This document shows, piece after piece, positions 36,689 to 41,726 of a DNA stretch of 41,726 nucleotides. The DNA is from a virus (taxonomy: Duplodnaviria; Caudoviricetes). A model generated the notes under the pieces. That model was not told the DNA's origin. It worked only from the letters and a program-made list of their open reading frames with translations, and searched no databases. The stretch covers positions 1 to 41,726 of IMG/VR virus record IMGVR_UViG_3300030037_000001. The stretch is one strand, 5' to 3'. The first letter of the stretch is position 1. The number at the start of each line of letters is the position of its first letter. Both the position numbers and the translations under genes were made by a program.

Positions 36689-36790
36689 ATGAATAATTTT
36701 ATAAAGTGGTCTTCAGTGCCTTACGTGATACGTATTCTAATAGCACTAGAAGCAGGTTACTTAGTTTACAATGCAGGGAGGTTCCTCTAA
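36689..36790 (+). CDS. 33-aa hydrophobic micro-ORF
   Basis: MNNFIKWSSVPYVIRILIALEAGYLVYNAGRFL; GAGG RBS; TAATG overlap with the gp12 start. Confidence 0.5.
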   Translation: MNNFIKWSSVPYVIRILIALEAGYLVYNAGRFL

Positions 36791-38916
36791 TGAGTAAATT
36801 TATTCGTAATGACAACTCCCTGTACAATGGGATTAGTCAACAAGCGGTTGAACTCAGATTGCCAAACCAAGTGTCTGACGCGGTGAATGCCAAGATGTCC
36901 GTATCCTACGGTTTAGAGAAGCGTCCACCAGCAGAGGTAATCACTCGTAAGGTAGGTTCAACTCTCAACATGGATACACTGGTTCACACCATTAACAGGG
37001 ATAGCCAAGAGCAGTATGTCATGGCTTGGTCTAACACAGGTAATAGCACAGTGTTCGATCTCTCTGGTAATGAGTTACCTATCATCTATGATGTACCAGC
37101 TGTTCAAACGTACATTGAGACTGTGGATTCAACCACTGGTCTATACAAACCTAGCTTGGACTTGAAGTTAACCACTGTACTAGATAACACGTTGTTAGTT
37201 AATACCAATGTCGTAGCCAATATGAATCCAGCGAGTAACACTCCTGCATTAACCAATGATGTATATCTATGGGTTGAGAACGGTATAGAGCAGGTTGAGC
37301 GCAAGTTAATCATTGATGGTACATTAGAGATGACAGCACCCAAGGGTAGCTTGAATGACACTGAGGTCATCATTGATGAGTTTATACTAGCCTTCGTAGG
37401 TGAGACGACTTATGTGGTATCTAAGATATCTAAGTCAGTCATGCTTATACGTAGAGCTGATGGGGCGTTACCTAAGGTTGTAGCCACAGATACATATAGT
37501 GATTCAACCATGAGTGTAACCTCCAGCCAAGGCGCTAAGTTTGAGAACCTTCCACCTAGAGCTTTAGATGGTGCAGTAGTACGTATACAATCAGACACAC
37601 CTAGTGAAGCTGAGCATTACCTTAAGTATGACGAGGAGAAAGACGCTTGGTTTGAGACAACTGGCCCGAATGAGCCCGAGGCCCTTGAGCCAAACACTAT
37701 GCCTAAGACAGTAGTCAGACGAGTGGACGATCCAGCAGGTACAATCACAGGTACGCCTAATCAGATCTACTTCAGTGTCGAGAACATTGACTGGTCTATC
37801 AAGGAATCGGGTGCTATTGAAGAGGCTCCAAACCCCTCGTTTACAGGAAGTCCCATCTCTGAGGTATTCTTCTATAAGAACAGACTAGGGTTCCTCAGTG
37901 GTGAGAACGTGATACTATCTAGGATTGACGACTTGTTTAACTTCTTCCCTACCTCGATTAAAGAGGTGTTGGACGATGACCCTGTAGATATATCCGTGAG
38001 TTCAAACACAGCGTTGAACCTCATACACGTAGCTACATTCCCCGACTCCCTAGTTCTGTTTGGTACTAACAAGCAGTTTACACTCCATTCGGATGGTAAG
38101 CCTTTCACAGCGTTGAACATCACGGTAGACCCCACGACTGCATACAATGCAAACCTTGAGGCAAGCCCTGTGTCAGTAGGCTCATCCTTATTCTTCAATG
38201 CTCCAGTAGGTCGCTACTCATCAATGAGAGAGTACGCTATCACACCAGATACACTAGTAGCTGATGCTGTAGGTGTAACAGGTCATGTACCTAGATTCCT
38301 ACCAGCCAACATAAAGCAGATACTTGCAGAGCCTAACCTCGAGTACCTATTCTTAATTGATAAGAACGAAGCTAGGGACACCTGTGATAATACACTGTGG
38401 GTATACAAGTTCTTTTGGCAAGGTAATCAGAAACTTCAATCCTCATGGGTTAAGTGGGAATTCTGGTGCAACCCGATCGGTGGTGGCTTGTTCGGTGGTA
38501 ACCTAGTAGTTCTAGCCCAAGATGGTGAAGACACTGTGTTAACCACAATGAACCTAGAGGATCAACCCGTTGAGATACTACGTGAAGGTACAGAGATTCC
38601 ATTCAAGGTAACTTTACCTTTGATTGACAATCAGACTCTCACAGCTCAAGAGGATATAACCTTTGGTCAAGACAACATCACAGCTGAAGTTACTGAGGAA
38701 GTCTACAATCAGTATGGGCAGGAATGTGTACAAGGTGTTCTAATAGATCGTTGGACAGGTGAGGAATACCTATATGATCGTAAGTTTATATCAGAGGGTA
38801 ATCACTTCTTGGTATTCATAGGTATAAGCTCTGGAGTTATTACACCAGAAGCCACAGATGATAAAGTCCTAGGTACTTACACCATAGGCGTTAACCAAAT
38901 AGACACAGGAGCTTAA
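36790..38916 (+). CDS. Tail tubular protein B (gp12-like nozzle), N-terminal 708 aa
   Basis: NGISQQ...R, GLEKRPP, NPSF.G, FFYKNRLGFLSGENVILSR, DDPVD, QSSW.KW; lacks the canonical C-terminal ~130 aa. Confidence 0.92.
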   Translation: MSKFIRNDNSLYNGISQQAVELRLPNQVSDAVNAKMSVSYGLEKRPPAEVITRKVGSTLNMDTLVHTINRDSQEQYVMAWSNTGNSTVFDLSGNELPIIYDVPAVQTYIETVDSTTGLYKPSLDLKLTTVLDNTLLVNTNVVANMNPASNTPALTNDVYLWVENGIEQVERKLIIDGTLEMTAPKGSLNDTEVIIDEFILAFVGETTYVVSKISKSVMLIRRADGALPKVVATDTYSDSTMSVTSSQGAKFENLPPRALDGAVVRIQSDTPSEAEHYLKYDEEKDAWFETTGPNEPEALEPNTMPKTVVRRVDDPAGTITGTPNQIYFSVENIDWSIKESGAIEEAPNPSFTGSPISEVFFYKNRLGFLSGENVILSRIDDLFNFFPTSIKEVLDDDPVDISVSSNTALNLIHVATFPDSLVLFGTNKQFTLHSDGKPFTALNITVDPTTAYNANLEASPVSVGSSLFFNAPVGRYSSMREYAITPDTLVADAVGVTGHVPRFLPANIKQILAEPNLEYLFLIDKNEARDTCDNTLWVYKFFWQGNQKLQSSWVKWEFWCNPIGGGLFGGNLVVLAQDGEDTVLTTMNLEDQPVEILREGTEIPFKVTLPLIDNQTLTAQEDITFGQDNITAEVTEEVYNQYGQECVQGVLIDRWTGEEYLYDRKFISEGNHFLVFIGISSGVITPEATDDKVLGTYTIGVNQIDTGA

Positions 38917-38917
38917 A

Positions 38918-40756
38918 ATGCCCTTAGTAGTAACAAATAATAACCAAGTGACACTAGGTGTTGCATTAGGTAGTTCAGACACTACGATGACAGTATCTAG
39001 TATCGTAGGTTTACCAGATGTTTCAGCACCTGCTGATTACACAATCATGACATTGACTAGTGCATCCACAGGAGCTATTGAGTATGTACGCTGTACTGAC
39101 CTTGATACCCTAACAAGGGTTTACACTATCCAACGTGGACAGGAAGGGACAATCCCACAGACATGGATCGTAGGGGACTTAGTGAAGAACTACTTCACAG
39201 CTGGTATGTTCACAGAGCTAGCTAACAGTGCCTCTAGCGCAATGAAGACAGCCAGTCATACCATTGATGGGACTCTAGCAGTAGCTAACCCTGCTGGTGA
39301 GAATAGTGACCTTCTAATACTTGCTAAGTATGGTAATCAGTTAATTGAAGGAACAGACTATAATTTAGTAGATGGTGGGGACACTATCAACTTCATTGGT
39401 GGACAAGCGGTTGAGACAGAGGTAGTGACTTTTGTTTACACCGAGGGTGTAGCAGAGTCAACACCCACCTTCGCTATAGAGGAGTTAACCGCTACTGAAG
39501 TGGATGTGAATAAAGTACTACGTCCCACGGGTGCGGGAGGTGTGGAGTGGCTGGCTGATAATTCTGGCCTAACAGGCCGTGTAGTGGTTACCGAAGCTAG
39601 TCAGCTAGCTACAATAAATCCTACAGTGGAGTACTTCATAGATGGGGTAGTAGATATGGGTACACAGACTATTGAAGTACCAGCAGGAGGTATTAACATT
39701 AGAGGGTTCAACCTAGGTATATCTAAATTAATAAGCACGCAACCTAACTATACCTTATTCACCTCACCAGTGGGTGGTAGTGGGAACGTCCTCGATCAAG
39801 ATATAACCTATGACGTATCTGGTACGAACTCCTCGGTCTACGCATTGACCGATGCTTCGGGCTTTAGTGCCTTTGAGCATAATAGGGTTAATTGGGAGAA
39901 CTGCACATCACTCGGTTACATCGACGGTTATAGGCAAGGTCTAGAACTCGGCACAGGTAGGTTTGGGGGTACACCTCAGTTAGAGCTACGTGGAACGTGG
40001 ATTGGTGGTTACAAGTGTACAACCACAATCGTTCGCTCACTTACTGATGGGGCATACAGTCTATTCTCAGCAGGTGTTGGTTTTACGATGTCATCTCGCT
40101 TCTTCTCAGACGTGAACGCTGATCTGAATACGACTGTATCTTTGATAGATTTTGCCCCTAGTAATTTTCCAAACCCTAGTACCTTGCAATTACAGGGTTG
40201 TGAGATGTCTCGTAATGGTACTAAGGATGCAGGGGATACCACGCTGTTACCTAATGTATCAGCTAGTGATTTGTGCTCAGCCTTTCGTAATAATAGTGGG
40301 TTGCCTAATACGTTTGTAGGAGGTGCTTGGAATGTCACATCTGAGGTTGCGACTATCATTAGCTCGACAGGGGTGTTTACTGACCTACTAGGTGTTTTCA
40401 CGGCGGGTGGTCTCGTACACTTTGATTCACCTGCTTCTGGCCAACTGAGACATCTAGGTACAGACCCCCGAGATTTCAGACTGACACTGGCTGTATCACT
40501 TGAAGGGCCCGCTAATGACACCGTACAACTTCGGGTAAAACGGTGGGATGACTCCGCTAGTACCCTAGTGGATGTGATAACACAAAGTCGCCCTATTAAT
40601 AACCTACAAGGTGGTAGGGATTTTGCATACTTCGATCTAATTGTATCTACACAGTTGGATATAAATGATTACGTTTACGCAGAGGTGGCTAACTTAACAA
40701 CTACAGGTAACTTAACGGCTGAAGTCGGTAGCTATATGATAGTAGAATCAAGGTAG
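38918..40756 (+). CDS. Tail fibre / spike-like receptor-binding protein
   Basis: N-terminal NN..TL...RGQEGT..W..G domain common in phage fibres; EGTDY module; beta-rich middle; C1q/TNF-like end (NDYV). Confidence 0.7.
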   Translation: MPLVVTNNNQVTLGVALGSSDTTMTVSSIVGLPDVSAPADYTIMTLTSASTGAIEYVRCTDLDTLTRVYTIQRGQEGTIPQTWIVGDLVKNYFTAGMFTELANSASSAMKTASHTIDGTLAVANPAGENSDLLILAKYGNQLIEGTDYNLVDGGDTINFIGGQAVETEVVTFVYTEGVAESTPTFAIEELTATEVDVNKVLRPTGAGGVEWLADNSGLTGRVVVTEASQLATINPTVEYFIDGVVDMGTQTIEVPAGGINIRGFNLGISKLISTQPNYTLFTSPVGGSGNVLDQDITYDVSGTNSSVYALTDASGFSAFEHNRVNWENCTSLGYIDGYRQGLELGTGRFGGTPQLELRGTWIGGYKCTTTIVRSLTDGAYSLFSAGVGFTMSSRFFSDVNADLNTTVSLIDFAPSNFPNPSTLQLQGCEMSRNGTKDAGDTTLLPNVSASDLCSAFRNNSGLPNTFVGGAWNVTSEVATIISSTGVFTDLLGVFTAGGLVHFDSPASGQLRHLGTDPRDFRLTLAVSLEGPANDTVQLRVKRWDDSASTLVDVITQSRPINNLQGGRDFAYFDLIVSTQLDINDYVYAEVANLTTTGNLTAEVGSYMIVESR

Positions 40757-40765
40757 AGGTACAAT

Positions 40766-41515
40766 ATGATATTTAAGAAATGGATTAACACTGTGTTTGG
40801 AACCACTGGTGCCCTAGAGGGTACAGACATTCCTTACGATGTGTCAGACTCAGTGACATCAAAGATTGACGCAATAACTAGAACCAAGGCTTCACAGGCT
40901 GAGGTAGACGCAGGGACTGATGACATTAAGTTTATCACCCCGTTGACACTCGAGTCTAAACCTAAGGATACAGGTAGTGACCTCTTGTACACATTCGACT
41001 TGACTAATGCTGGGGGTAATGACCTTGGTACAGCACAGGTCTTACATGATGTATCATGGGATCAGTACGATGAACTATACGTTGAACTCAAGGGTGTCAG
41101 CGTATCGGGTGTAGCATCTGATAGAGCAATAGGTGTAGTAGTTTACAATGTGAATACACCAACTACTTACATTGAGTTTGTAGGCAGTGGTCAAGAGGCC
41201 TTCCTAATGACTAATGTGAGCCTAGATGAGGGGGACATAGTTGATATTGGTTTCTTCATGTCAGCCACAGGTGTTGCTAAAGCTCCTAGAGGGCACAAGC
41301 ATGTGTCTGCAACTAGGAGTTATGGACATGCCACTGAAGGTCTGGGGTTTGGAGCAACATACGCGGGTGCAGGTTACGCGTCTAGTGGTTTTGACAACTG
41401 GCCTTGTTGGCCTACAGGTGGTGACACTTGGTCAGACCATGCGTTCGACATAAGACTAGAGAATGCCACGGTGTTCACCGGTGGTACACTAACAGTTAGA
41501 GGAGTTAATATCTGA
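40766..41515 (+). CDS. Short tail-fibre-like protein
   Basis: ASQAEVDAGTDD.KFITP fibre repeat; C-terminal GGTLTVRGV. Confidence 0.65.
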   Translation: MIFKKWINTVFGTTGALEGTDIPYDVSDSVTSKIDAITRTKASQAEVDAGTDDIKFITPLTLESKPKDTGSDLLYTFDLTNAGGNDLGTAQVLHDVSWDQYDELYVELKGVSVSGVASDRAIGVVVYNVNTPTTYIEFVGSGQEAFLMTNVSLDEGDIVDIGFFMSATGVAKAPRGHKHVSATRSYGHATEGLGFGATYAGAGYASSGFDNWPCWPTGGDTWSDHAFDIRLENATVFTGGTLTVRGVNI

Positions 41516-41517
41516 TT

Positions 41518-41726
41518 ATGGCTGACGAGAGATTTAGTATTGGGTTTAGATACCCTATGGATGTTGAACTCTCTCAGTTAGTACCTATTGATGAAGGTGG
41601 TAAACCCGCTGTTGCCAGTAAGGTGTTCTTAGATTACTTACATTTATCCTATATAGACTCGGGGTCAATGCAGGTAGTTGTAGAGGATACACGTAATGGT
41701 AGGGAGCAAACCTTTAGAATCAAGAG
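41518..41726 (+). CDS. 5' part of the 135-aa gp12 C-terminal-segment gene (continues to 326)
   Basis: MADERFSIGFRYPMDVELSQLVPIDEGGKPAVASKVFLDY...; resembles T7 gp12 YIGFNINFVYEFSKF; GAGGAG upstream; ATG 2 nt after the previous stop. Confidence 0.75.
   Translation, partial: MADERFSIGFRYPMDVELSQLVPIDEGGKPAVASKVFLDYLHLSYIDSGSMQVVVEDTRNGREQTFRIK
41600..41726. repeat. Duplicate of 1-127 (assembly overlap)
   Basis: Exact match. Confidence 0.95.

Noticed and set aside
38917-41517. Intron or intein explanation for the gp12 interruption
   Set aside because: The insert consists of ordinary fibre-like genes with their own starts and stops; no splicing or homing motifs seen
41600-41726. 127-bp end repeat as the biological direct terminal repeat
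   Set aside because: It lies inside a CDS, its length equals a common assembler k-mer, and T7-like termini are expected between terL and the early genes
1-41726. tRNA genes, integrase, IS elements
   Set aside because: None recognised by eye; a tRNAscan or HMM run would be needed to exclude them formally

Overview
The window is essentially a complete, circularly permuted genome of a lytic T7-like podophage (Autographiviridae-type). It has about 41,599 bp of unique sequence; the last 127 nt repeat the first 127 nt as an assembly overlap. All credible genes are on the + strand. The physical ends probably lie in the non-coding region after terL (~10.15-11.35 kb). Order from there: host-promoter-driven early genes (three of them tandem-repeat proteins), single-subunit RNA polymerase, small genes, SSB, endonuclease I, primase-helicase, PolA, exonuclease, endonuclease VII-like nuclease, dNMP kinase, gp7.3-like, portal, scaffold, capsid, a LamG/LRR-like cassette, membrane proteins, tail tube A/B, tail fibres, internal virion proteins, terS, terL. 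Most unusual observations: (1) the tail nozzle gene (T7 gp12 homologue) appears split into a 708-aa and a 135-aa gene, with two tail-fibre-like genes between the halves; (2) an unannotated 48-aa ORF in the early/middle region, positioned for translational coupling, carries an ~85%-identical DNA copy of the terminase nuclease motif (MGCDPSGRGTDETSWW, only synonymous changes in this core), a possible terminase-mimic decoy; (3) a 78-aa protein ends in a class II ribonucleotide reductase-like CEGGAC tail although no RNR is present; (4) no endolysin is recognisable; (5) three phage-promoter copies share an upstream extension. Family assignments rest on recalled motifs and synteny; no searches were run.
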